Shown: piece by piece, positions 15,487-24,484 of the stretch
Numbering within the stretch: position 1 is the stretch's first letter
Layout of the letters: each line of letters starts with the position of its first letter
Assembly: GCA_019237115.1 (NCBI GenBank)
Contig: JAFAHS010000399.1
Location: 52,018-84,017 of the forward strand
Reading direction: 5' to 3'
Origin: Deltaproteobacteria bacterium
GTDB lineage: Bacteria; Desulfobacterota; Binatia; Binatales; Binataceae
Length of the DNA: 32,000 bases
The notes under the pieces: generated by a model
The model's input: the letters and a program-made list of their open reading frames with translations, nothing else
What the model was told of the DNA's origin: nothing
The model's database searches: none
Position numbers and translations under genes: made by a program

Positions 15487-17757
15487 ATGTTGACTCCTGG
15501 AGCTCTTGGGAATTGGGCTGAGTGGTTCGGTTCGAGCACCGGCGCGTGGATTGCCGCGACTTTGCTCTTGCTCGGGTTGGCCGCCCTGCTGGGACGGCGA
15601 GTTATCGCGACCGTCCTCACCCTGCGGGCTTCGGCATTTACCCCGCGCATGTCGAGGCTATTGGCGCTCTGGCTGCGGCCGACCAACCACTCGCCTGCCG
15701 AATTCCTTCGCGCCGATGGAGCCGATGAACGGTGGGCGGAGATTCGCAAGCAGGCTATCAACCGCCTCGCCGGCTTCTTTCAGACCCGGTACGCAAAGTC
15801 GATCGCGTGGGGCAACGGGATACGCCAGAGCTTCTCGGATCTGCGCTTCACCGATGCCAATCGCGTCCCCTTTCCCTTCGCGCAATTCATGCGCGAACAC
15901 TTCAGCGTCTGCTCGGTGGTTACGGCCTCCGCCGGACCCCAACTTCGCGATCTCGATGGTCATTGGACTCTCGACGTGAGCGGCTCCTACGGACTCAACG
16001 TGGCTGGATTCGACCACTACAAGGAATGGATGCAGAGGGGGCTTGACCGGGTGAAGGAGCTTGGCCCGGTGCTGGGTCCCCTCCATCCCATCGTCGCCGA
16101 CAACATACGAATCCTCAAATCGATCTCGAAGCTCGATGAAGTGTCGTTCCACATGAGCGGCACCGAGGCGGTGATGGCCGCCATCCGGCTGGCCCGATTC
16201 AATACCCGCCGCAAGCTGATCGTCTGTTTCTCGGGCGCTTATCACGGATGGTGGGATGGCGTGCAGCCCGGGTTGGGCAGCGAACGCACCATCGACGACT
16301 GCCTGACGCTGAAGGAATTGAACCCGGCCTCGCTGGACGTTCTGCGCTGGCGGGCGCACGAGATCGCCGCAATCGTGGTAAACCCCGTTCAATCGTTTCA
16401 TCCCAACTCGCCCCCGCCGAGCGACGCCATCCTGCTGACCAGCGGCGTCCGCAACGCGACCGACTCCACGGCTGCTTACCGGGAATGGCTTGGTAAGCTG
16501 CGCGCCGTGTGCAGCGAACACGAGATTCCGCTCATCTTCGACGAGGTATTCAGCGGCTTTCGCCTGGCCCCCGGCGGAGCGCAGGAGTACTTCGGCGTGC
16601 AAGCGGACATGGTCGTGTACGGGAAAACGGTGGCCGGTGGAATGCCCATCGGAGTGGTCTGCGGCCGCAAAGAACTGATGGCGCGCTTTGATCCCCACCA
16701 TCCGATGCGCATCGCGTATGTGATCGGAACTTTTTCGGCACACCCCGTGGTGATGGGGGCGATGAATGAGTTTTTGAATTGGCTGGTGCAGCCGTCCAGC
16801 ACTACAGAATATGCGACGGCGAATGAGAGGTGTGCCGCGTGGGCGCGCGAGACCAACCAGTTGCTCCTGGATTCCTCACTGCCGGTGCGAGTGATGCAGC
16901 TGGCCACGATATGGACGGTGCTGTTCAAGGAGCCGGGTCGATACAACTGGCTGCTCCAATACTACCTTCGAGCCGAGGGTATCACGCTCAGTTGGGTGGG
17001 AACCGGTCGCTGTATGACCAGTCTGGATTTTACCGAGGAAGATTATCGCAGCCTGCGATCCAAGCTGGTGAGTGCGGTACGCCAGATGAAAAACGACGCC
17101 TGGTGGCTAAGCGAACAACAACAACCACAACGGGATAAACTGATGCGAACACATCTGTTTCGGGAACTCGCCGGAAGTATTGTCAGGGTGCCGAAGCCGT
17201 TGACCAGCTTTTACACCGAGATAATGCATCGCAAACATGACGACCACCTCGCGTCACATAGCAACGTGGTCAACCAGGTCCTCCACCTGCTGAGTTCGAG
17301 CACCTTCATCTTTTGCTATGTGCTGATCTTTTTCGACTTGACCCGCGCGGTATGTCTGGGACTGGCAGCGCTGTTCGTTCGCCAGTTCGGACACGCAGTG
17401 CTGGAGCCGCCCTGCCACGACAAGGAGCAGCTGCTGCTCGGATTCAACACCCGCGATAAGACGCTGATCGTTGCGGGTTACGGTCTGATTCTCGCCGCCG
17501 TGTTGATGAAGGTCCGTCCCGGTTCTTGGGGGGCCGTCGCCGGCGTGGCGCCGACGCTGGCCCATTGGTGGTTCTTCATGACGCTGGCAGTGGTACTCGG
17601 GCACGTGGCGTTTCTTGCCTGGAAGCACACCTTGAGAGACTCCCTAATCTGGTTTGTAAAACTGCTTACCGATCCTTTTACTGACATCGCGGCGTACTAC
17701 GGGAGCCCCTACCGGATTGTTGCGAATCCTCAGGGCCAGAAGCGCGAGCTCGTATAG
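15487..17757 (+). CDS. Membrane-anchored class-III (glutamate-1-semialdehyde aminomutase-like) PLP aminotransferase fused to a C-terminal multi-TM His-rich domain
   Basis: N-terminal TM 'WIAATLLLLGLAALLG'; PLP core 'VSFHMSGTEAVMAAIRLARFNTRRKLIVCFSGAYHGWWDG', 'IFDEVFSGFRLAPGGAQEYFGVQADMVVYGKTVAGGMPIGVVCGR' (predicted PLP Lys380); C-terminal about 200 aa with 'HRKHDDHLASHSNVVNQVLH', 'VRQFGHAVLEPP' and several hydrophobic helices. Confidence 0.88.
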   Translation: MLTPGALGNWAEWFGSSTGAWIAATLLLLGLAALLGRRVIATVLTLRASAFTPRMSRLLALWLRPTNHSPAEFLRADGADERWAEIRKQAINRLAGFFQTRYAKSIAWGNGIRQSFSDLRFTDANRVPFPFAQFMREHFSVCSVVTASAGPQLRDLDGHWTLDVSGSYGLNVAGFDHYKEWMQRGLDRVKELGPVLGPLHPIVADNIRILKSISKLDEVSFHMSGTEAVMAAIRLARFNTRRKLIVCFSGAYHGWWDGVQPGLGSERTIDDCLTLKELNPASLDVLRWRAHEIAAIVVNPVQSFHPNSPPPSDAILLTSGVRNATDSTAAYREWLGKLRAVCSEHEIPLIFDEVFSGFRLAPGGAQEYFGVQADMVVYGKTVAGGMPIGVVCGRKELMARFDPHHPMRIAYVIGTFSAHPVVMGAMNEFLNWLVQPSSTTEYATANERCAAWARETNQLLLDSSLPVRVMQLATIWTVLFKEPGRYNWLLQYYLRAEGITLSWVGTGRCMTSLDFTEEDYRSLRSKLVSAVRQMKNDAWWLSEQQQPQRDKLMRTHLFRELAGSIVRVPKPLTSFYTEIMHRKHDDHLASHSNVVNQVLHLLSSSTFIFCYVLIFFDLTRAVCLGLAALFVRQFGHAVLEPPCHDKEQLLLGFNTRDKTLIVAGYGLILAAVLMKVRPGSWGAVAGVAPTLAHWWFFMTLAVVLGHVAFLAWKHTLRDSLIWFVKLLTDPFTDIAAYYGSPYRIVANPQGQKRELV

Positions 17758-17759
17758 AC

Positions 17760-18275
17760 TTGTTGTACCTTGCTGCGGCCATTCTACTGGCGTTCGAGCG
17801 GGTAGCCTACGTATGGGTTTGGCGCTATCCGCGATCGTTCAGCGCACTTTGCGGGTTCTTTTCGGAAGAGCCGCCGGTGGTCATCCTGGAAAGAATGTTC
17901 AACTGCTTCAAGGTAATCCAGATCTCGGTGTTTCTGGCCTGGTGCTATTTCCATCCGAACCAACCACTGTGGCTGTCCGGAAACCTCGTTCCACTGACCG
18001 CGGGCGCAACCCTGATGATCGTAGGGCAAGTACTCAATTTTAGTGTTTTTTACCGCCTGGGGTCGGTCGGGGTCTTTTACGGGAACCGCTTCGGCTACGA
18101 AGTCCCCTGGTGCACGGAATTTCCCTTTTCGCTAATGGACCACCCGCAATACGTAGGAGCCCTGCTTTCGATTTGGGGCCTGTTCCTCGCTCTGCAGTTT
18201 CCGCGTCCCGATTGGTATGCGATCCCCGCGCTTGAAAGCGTGTATTACGCGCTGGGAGCCTATCTGGAACGCTGA
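17760..18275 (+). CDS. PEMT/isoprenylcysteine methyltransferase-like phospholipid N-methyltransferase
   Basis: 'VFYRLGSVGVFYGNRFGYEVPWCTEFPFSLMDHPQYVGALLSIWGLFLAL' matches the phosphatidylethanolamine N-methyltransferase signature. Likely TTG start 2 bp after the upstream stop. Confidence 0.83.
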   Translation: MLYLAAAILLAFERVAYVWVWRYPRSFSALCGFFSEEPPVVILERMFNCFKVIQISVFLAWCYFHPNQPLWLSGNLVPLTAGATLMIVGQVLNFSVFYRLGSVGVFYGNRFGYEVPWCTEFPFSLMDHPQYVGALLSIWGLFLALQFPRPDWYAIPALESVYYALGAYLER

Positions 18276-18309
18276 CTGCGAGTTGTTCGTTGCGGGCGGC
18301 CGGCGATGG

Positions 18310-18885
18310 TCAGCGGCTGGTAAACGAATTCTTCAGCACGTCGACCTTACCGGCAAATTCCTCGAGGTCGACCTCGGTAGTCTCCAGCAGTCGGGCGACC
18401 ATTCCCCAGAATCCGATCGACATCACTAATTCCACGATCTCGGTCGTACCCATGTGTTTCTGGAGAGCCTCCATGGTTGCGCGCCCGCCCTTTACGTTGC
18501 GCGCGACTTCATCGGTGAACTTGAGCACCAGGCGATCGATCTCACCGAAGCACCGGGCCCCTTCCCAGTTTTCAATTGCATCGACTTGTTCATCGGTCAC
18601 GCCCGCAGCCTTGGCAATCGGCACGTGCTGGGTCCATTCATAAACCGATTTGCTCACCTTCGCGGTGCGCAATATAGCGAGTTCGCGCAGCCGCGCATCG
18701 AGCTTGGATCGAGTCAGCAGCGAGTTCCCCAACATCGAGAACGGATAGAATGCAGCGTCCGAGTTCGCGATCATGCGCGCAACGTTCATCTTTACGCGCC
18801 CGCGATTCAGAATCTCGCGCGTCTTTTCCGGTACCTTGCTTTCGTCGGCATAGGGTAACAACGCCATCGGCTTGTCCTCCGTCAT
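18310..18885 (-). CDS. Carboxymuconolactone decarboxylase/AhpD-like family protein
   Basis: 'DARLRELAILRTAKVSKSVYEWTQHVPIAKAAGVTDEQVDAIENWEGARCFGEIDRLVLKFTDEVARN' is a typical CMD-family pattern. An internal start at 18867 (MALLPYADES) is possible. Confidence 0.85.
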   Translation of the reverse strand: MTEDKPMALLPYADESKVPEKTREILNRGRVKMNVARMIANSDAAFYPFSMLGNSLLTRSKLDARLRELAILRTAKVSKSVYEWTQHVPIAKAAGVTDEQVDAIENWEGARCFGEIDRLVLKFTDEVARNVKGGRATMEALQKHMGTTEIVELVMSIGFWGMVARLLETTEVDLEEFAGKVDVLKNSFTSR

Positions 18886-18977
18886 GAGGTCGGGTCGGCT
18901 TGCGGACGCAAACCATTGCGCACTCCGGGCTGCGCAGGTTTTCCCCTTGGACCGCCCAAGATGGAAATACGATTTTT

Positions 18978-19628
18978 CTATCGGGATTGTATAGCGCGGC
19001 GAAATTCCGGCTGCAAAATGAGCATGCCAATTGCGCGCGACAATGCGACGGACAGAGATTCCGCCGGGTCGGTCTCGAGCGGAAGGAATGCCTCGCCTCC
19101 GACCGGAACCGGGGGTTCGGTCTCGATGCCGGTAGTCACGGTCGAACAGAGTTCGTGGTGCATCCGATCGGCGACGGTAAAGCGCAGTTGCACGTGCGCG
19201 GTCATGGAAAAATACTGGCCATGAATCGTGCGCTGGCGGCCGAAATGTTGGTTAACGGAAACGGATTCGATCTCGGTCGCGATCGCGAGCGGCGGATGCT
19301 CGGAGACTTCGCCTGGTGTAAGTACCGCCGCCTTCAAACCCGCGTCCGACAGGCACCGCTTCACTGCCTGCGTGATCAGCGCTCCCAGGTCCCGCACCAC
19401 CAGGGTGCGCTTCCTGGATCCATCGGCACCATAGACAGCGCCCACTTGAAACTTGCCGGCCGCCCCGGGACCGCCGGCCGGCAGGACAACGATTGATAGG
19501 GGAGACAGGACGTGCTGCGTGGCGGGGACGAATCCGGGCAGGTAATGAACCCGGAGAGGCGTTTCGCGCTGGCAACCGACCGCGGAAATTGCCGCGAAAA
19601 TCGCACCCGCAAGGAGTGCGCTCCACAA
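18978..19628 (-). CDS. Hypothetical lipoprotein
   Basis: Signal peptide plus lipobox-like 'LWSALLAGAIFAAISAVGC'. The TTG at 19628 is the likely start just downstream of the DedA stop; the track's ATG at 19730 would overlap dedA. The body resembles YajG-type surface lipoproteins only loosely. Confidence 0.6.
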   Translation of the reverse strand: MWSALLAGAIFAAISAVGCQRETPLRVHYLPGFVPATQHVLSPLSIVVLPAGGPGAAGKFQVGAVYGADGSRKRTLVVRDLGALITQAVKRCLSDAGLKAAVLTPGEVSEHPPLAIATEIESVSVNQHFGRQRTIHGQYFSMTAHVQLRFTVADRMHHELCSTVTTGIETEPPVPVGGEAFLPLETDPAESLSVALSRAIGMLILQPEFRRAIQSR

Positions 19629-19636
19629 CCCCTGCC

Positions 19637-20266
19637 CTATGATTCGGGGCGACCGATAGCTTGATGTCGCTCGCGCCACCAGAAAATCACGATCCCGATA
19701 CTGAACAACACCACTCCTACCGCGACCCATCGCGACGCGACGTGGATCACGTCGGCAACTCGAAACAGCTCGTCACCAACCAGGTAGCCAACCGTAACGA
19801 TGATGAAGCACCACACCAGCGCACCGGAAACGTTCCATCCGAGAAAGCGCCAGAACGGCATACCCGCAGCGCCCGCCATCGGACCAGCCATGAAACGCAC
19901 GCCGGCAATGAAGCGGGCCATGAAGACCGCCTTGCTGCCGTGGGTCTCAAAAAAGGTCTGTAATCGGTCGTAGCGAGAGCGGGCAAACGCGAAACTGCCG
20001 GCGAGGCGGGTAAGCAGCCGTTGACCTCCGGTGCGCCCCAGCAGAAATCCGCAGCAGTCTCCCACAACCGCGCTGAAAACCGTGATGACATACACCCAGC
20101 GCAGGTCGAGAATCTCGCGGCCGGCCAGAAACCCCGCGGCAAGCATCACCGTCTCCTCTGGGACCGGGATGCCCAGATTGCCGATGAACACGCACACGAA
20201 AACTCCCAGGTAACCCCAGGTGGTGAGCCAATCCGCTATATGTTCAGGTCTCAGAATTTCGTGCAT
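19637..20266 (-). CDS. DedA family membrane protein
   Basis: 'WLTTWGYLGVFVCVFIGNLGIPVPEETVMLAAGFLAG', 'GDCCGFLLGRTGGQRLL', 'FFETHGSKAVFMARFIAGVRFMAGPMAGAAGMPFWRFLGWNVSGALVW'. Start at 20266 (MHEILRPEH) is preferred; the track's extension to 20434 overlaps the upstream gene. Confidence 0.93.
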   Translation of the reverse strand: MHEILRPEHIADWLTTWGYLGVFVCVFIGNLGIPVPEETVMLAAGFLAGREILDLRWVYVITVFSAVVGDCCGFLLGRTGGQRLLTRLAGSFAFARSRYDRLQTFFETHGSKAVFMARFIAGVRFMAGPMAGAAGMPFWRFLGWNVSGALVWCFIIVTVGYLVGDELFRVADVIHVASRWVAVGVVLFSIGIVIFWWRERHQAIGRPES

Positions 20267-20384
20267 GCGTTCCTGGCCGCGGCACCGCCCCTGCCAAACG
20301 TGCCCCGGTAGTTTAGCTGGCCCCAAACGGCGGCGGAACTCGTCACAAGTGATGCTTCGGTCCCTGGAAAGCAGCGTGATGAGT

Positions 20385-22691
20385 TCAGCCTTTGCCGGCA
20401 TCCGCGAAGGAGGTGACCGGGCGGGCTTCATCATGCGCTCTCACGGCGGGCAGCCCACGGCGGCCGAGGACCAGGAGACCGGCCGCGACCCACAGTACCA
20501 ACCCCGGCAGCAACGGGTATACGTGCCATCGATTTGCCGCAATGTTCACTTCTGCAAGGTCGTTGCGGCGGTAGAGTTTCACCGGCAAGGACTCGTAAAT
20601 CGTTTGATAACCCGGCGGGGGATCACCCGTTCCGGGGGGCGGGCTAACTTGTTCCAGAATGTACGGCGGGGCCGCTGCCAGCGCTCGCCCGAGATCATTC
20701 ATGCCGCGGACCCGGCTGCCACCCTCCCACAAATTGTTCGGATCGTGTTGGTCCTCGATCGGGTCGTCGTTGATTCCGGTAAGCACCGGGAACTCGAGCA
20801 AAGCCCACCACTGCGAGACATTCGTGCATAGATGGAGGATATGCGTAGCAGGCGTAATTCGGCCGGCAGCGACCTCGTCGTCGAGAACCTTGATCAGGTT
20901 CATATCGGTCGGACCGAAAAGCCACCGCCGATCGGTATGACCCGTCCAGTAACCCAACGAGGCGGTATCGAGGTTAAACGCCCAGTGCTCGCTGATTGAA
21001 TGTTCAAGGGAATCGTAGTCGAGAGGATGTGGGGCCTGGCGCCACGGGTAGATCAGCAAGGCAAGCAGGATGAAAAGAGTCCCTGGACGCGACCAGCGAT
21101 CGTAAGCCAGCGCAAACAGGTATCCCGCCGGCAAGGTCAGAAAAAAAGGACACCAGTAGTCCCACAGCTTGATCCGGATGTCCGATGTCATCATGCCGCC
21201 AGCAGGGGTATGGGAGAGCGTCCGCAGGACCGGATCGAAATACTCGCCAGCAATGCCCAACAGCAGTGCTACCGCCACCAGGCCCGAGTAGCGGGTTTGG
21301 TCCGCCGGCCACTGAACCACGAACGCCGCAATCAGTCCTGCGAAGCACAACAGCGTGAGCAGTGGCAAATTGTCCGCAACCTGTTGATAAAGAGTGAATG
21401 CATTTGCGGCGTGACGATAGAGAACCGCAAGGATGAAGAACGCGATCAGCCCGCGGTTGAGCACGGCAACCAGCCGTCGATCGCGCAAGGCGGCGTCAGG
21501 AGGCATCCATCGCGCGGCCAGGCAAATTGCTGCCACGCCCGCCAATTGCCCGGCCGGGATGATCGGATACGGTGCCCGATGCCCAAGTGCGATAAGATAC
21601 TCGGGCAGCGCGACCAGGGCTGCGCCCGCCAGGGCAACGACCCCGGCGGCAAAGCGCCCAGGGTCGGACTCCGCGAGCCACAGAATCACGCCAACTCCCG
21701 CCACGATCATCGCCAAAGCACCGTCGATTGCATGCGACGCGATACTACAACCCAACATCAAAGCGCCGGCGGCAAACAGCAGCCGACTGCCGCGACTCAT
21801 AAAGAACGCAAGACCCAACGCGACAAGCGCAAAATCGACCGCCGTACCGCGCATGCCCTGGGCCCGGCGAAAGAGGCAGGTAAAGAACAGGAGGAGGCCC
21901 GCGACTCCCCCCGCAGTATCATCGAACACTGTCTTTCCGAGGCGCCAGGTCGCAAAGATCATCAGTGCGGCCATCGGCAGCATCGCTGCGCTCTCCGCAA
22001 GTGCCGCCGGATGAGTATGACTTCCCATTGCCAGAGCCGAGTAGAACAGTTCGAGCGCGGGCGTCTGAGCGTAGGGTCCCCAGCATCCGTAAGGGTCGTT
22101 GTTGAACGGGTCATAGATGCCGAACGTCAGGATCCGCTGTGCGGAAGATGGATATGAAAGCACATCCATAAACGGCACCACTGGAGAGCCAAGTTGTAGG
22201 GGCAAGTAGGAAACCGCGAGCAAGAGGACCGCAAAAGCCGCAAGCTTCTGGCCCGAAGACGGGGTCTGCAACTTCCGGTGGCGGGGCGGGTTCCGCCAAA
22301 GCCAGGCGGTCCCCAAGGCGAGAAGTCCCCACAAGGTCGCCGAATAGAAAAGCCGGATGGGTCCCAACAGGTTGCCGAGCAGAAATGCGAGGATCCAGAC
22401 ACCACCAGCGCCAACCAGAATAGCATCGAACTGCTCCAGTTCGGGCTCAATCCGCAGTGCGAGTCCGCCCAGGACCAGGGTGGCCCAACCCCAGAACGCC
22501 CATACCTTGAGAGCGGCCCACAAAGTCTCGCCGAGCAGCGGACGAATCCCCTCCCATGCCGCCGACCACGACAGATGGTATGGGAATTGGCGCAGACGAT
22601 AGATGGCGAGCAGCGTGACGATCGCGACACCCGCCCACATCACCAGCCATGCGCGTGCCTGTCCGCGCCTGTCTACCATTCCTTGCGCCAC
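20385..22691 (-). CDS. Large polytopic membrane protein, GT-C glycosyltransferase-like
   Basis: 768-aa ORF with at least ten hydrophobic segments and a C-terminal extracytoplasmic-like region. Overall layout resembles ArnT/PMT-type GT-C proteins; no firm family assignment. Confidence 0.65.
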   Translation of the reverse strand: MAQGMVDRRGQARAWLVMWAGVAIVTLLAIYRLRQFPYHLSWSAAWEGIRPLLGETLWAALKVWAFWGWATLVLGGLALRIEPELEQFDAILVGAGGVWILAFLLGNLLGPIRLFYSATLWGLLALGTAWLWRNPPRHRKLQTPSSGQKLAAFAVLLLAVSYLPLQLGSPVVPFMDVLSYPSSAQRILTFGIYDPFNNDPYGCWGPYAQTPALELFYSALAMGSHTHPAALAESAAMLPMAALMIFATWRLGKTVFDDTAGGVAGLLLFFTCLFRRAQGMRGTAVDFALVALGLAFFMSRGSRLLFAAGALMLGCSIASHAIDGALAMIVAGVGVILWLAESDPGRFAAGVVALAGAALVALPEYLIALGHRAPYPIIPAGQLAGVAAICLAARWMPPDAALRDRRLVAVLNRGLIAFFILAVLYRHAANAFTLYQQVADNLPLLTLLCFAGLIAAFVVQWPADQTRYSGLVAVALLLGIAGEYFDPVLRTLSHTPAGGMMTSDIRIKLWDYWCPFFLTLPAGYLFALAYDRWSRPGTLFILLALLIYPWRQAPHPLDYDSLEHSISEHWAFNLDTASLGYWTGHTDRRWLFGPTDMNLIKVLDDEVAAGRITPATHILHLCTNVSQWWALLEFPVLTGINDDPIEDQHDPNNLWEGGSRVRGMNDLGRALAAAPPYILEQVSPPPGTGDPPPGYQTIYESLPVKLYRRNDLAEVNIAANRWHVYPLLPGLVLWVAAGLLVLGRRGLPAVRAHDEARPVTSFADAGKG

Positions 22692-22776
22692 AGAATGACG
22701 GCCGCGATCGAGGCCCCCGCCGCAGCGGCGGTCGCCTCACGGGCGTCACTTGACCACACTCCAACCCGCGGCGAAG

Positions 22777-24334
22777 TCAATGCGCCTCCGCTGGTTCGAC
22801 CGTGCCGGAAGGAACCCCCTCTTTTGGTAGGAGAAAGAGCAACGGCAGGACGACTAAGAACATCGGCACCACCAGCCAGAAACAATCGTTGTACGCCATC
22901 ATCGTCGACTGACGGTTGATCAAGGCGTTCATCATGGCAAGGTCGCGCCGCTGCCCAGGTGCACTGAACAATCCGGCACCCAGCAAGGCGTTGCGAAACT
23001 CCGCGTCGGCCTGGCGGAACGTGGGGTTGGTCGCCGAGATGGAATCGACCAGGTCCGAACGACGGAACTGCCCTCTGCGAGCCACCAGGGTCGCCAGTGC
23101 CGCGTAGGCCACGTTTCCCGCTTCGCGGCGGGTCAGAGTGTAGAGGCTGGAAGCGGCAGTCATCGCGTAGCGCGGAATCGTACTGAGCGAGACGGTCGAA
23201 AGCGTCACCATCGACGCGCCCATGCCGATACCACTCATGACCAGGATGGGCAGAAAACTCCAAAACCCGACGTACAGCGTGAAATGACCAAGCCGCCAAT
23301 AGGCATAGGCAAGCAAGAGCACTCCCGCGCCGATCAGCATGCGCGGGCTCAGCAGATTGTAAAGCCGCCCGACGATGGGCATCGCAAGCAGCATGGTCAA
23401 GGTACGTGGCATCAGAACCAGGCCCGCCTGATACGCAGGATAGTGGAGCAGTTCCTGCGTGAACTGCGGCAACAGGAAGCTTGATCCGAACAGTGCGAAC
23501 CCGATCACAACGCCCAGGCCGCAGCCAACGCTCAGTGGGACGTTTCTGAACAGACGAAAATCCACCACCGGTTCATCCTTGAAGAACATTTCCCACCCTA
23601 CCAACGCCGCCAGCGCAAGCGCCGCCACCACCGTCCCGAAAACGATCCAATGGTTGGCGAACCAGTCGACTTCCTCTCCGCGCTCGAGTACCACCTGCGC
23701 AGCGGTGAGGCCGATCGTCAGCAGGAGAATCCTTCCCCAATCGATCGCGGCGACCCCGCGTTTCAGATATGGAGGGTCATGCACGAACGCGCTCACCATC
23801 AGGATTCCCACCACACAAAACGGAACGTTGATGTAAAAGACCCACTGCCAGCCATAGTTGTCGACCAGCCAGCCGCCGACCACCGGACCGATCGCGGGAG
23901 CGGTGAAAAGTTTCCCGTGCGATGGCCTGGGAGCAGGGCATCAGGCTGCCGCCGCCGATGCCCTGCAGCACTCGGTAAAAGATGAGCTGGCCGAACGTCT
24001 TTGAGGTGCCGGCCAGCACCGAGCCCACGATAAACAGGAACATGGACAGCAGGAACAGCTGTTTGCGGCCGAGCAGCATCGTCCACCACGCCGCCATGGT
24101 GATCATGATGATCTCGGCAATCGAATAAGCGGTGGACACCCAGGTTATGGTGAGCAGATCCTGTCCGAAGCCGCCCATCATATGCGGCATGGCCACATTC
24201 ACCACCGTCGCATCCATCACCGAGAGAAAGGTGCCGATCATGACGGACCCGGCAACCAGCCATTTGCCGGAGGTTCCGTATTCGCTGCTGGCAGGGGGCA
24301 GGGTTATTCGGGGTGTTGCAACTCCGCTCGACAT
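22777..24334 (-). pseudogene. DHA2/EmrB-type MFS drug transporter interrupted by an internal deletion/frameshift (or assembly error)
   Basis: N-terminal half (24334 to about 23910) reads '...LIFYRVLQGIGGGSLMPCSQAIARETF'. The C-terminal half continues in another frame as 'TAPAIGPVVGGWLVDNYGWQWVFYINVPFCVVGILM...'. The connecting segment present in EmrB homologues is missing. Confidence 0.85.
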
Positions 24335-24484
24335 GGCAGGGCCGCGTCCGGCGACGAGGTCTTCTTCAATGTTAGCAGGCGCGGCTCGCGACCCAAGTCA
24401 CCAGATCGTGCGATCCGGTCAGTGGCACGGAGAAAGCGAGCCTGCCGCGCCGCGCCTTTTCAGGTGCACTCAGCTTCGGTCGCG

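Noticed and set aside
15658-16743. 361-aa minus-strand ORF inside the aminotransferase fusion gene
   Set aside because: Mirror of the conserved PLP-enzyme core; no coherent domain.
21000-22157. 385-aa plus-strand ORF opposite the large membrane protein
   Set aside because: Highly polar, Gln/Arg-rich translation typical of the antisense of a membrane-protein gene.
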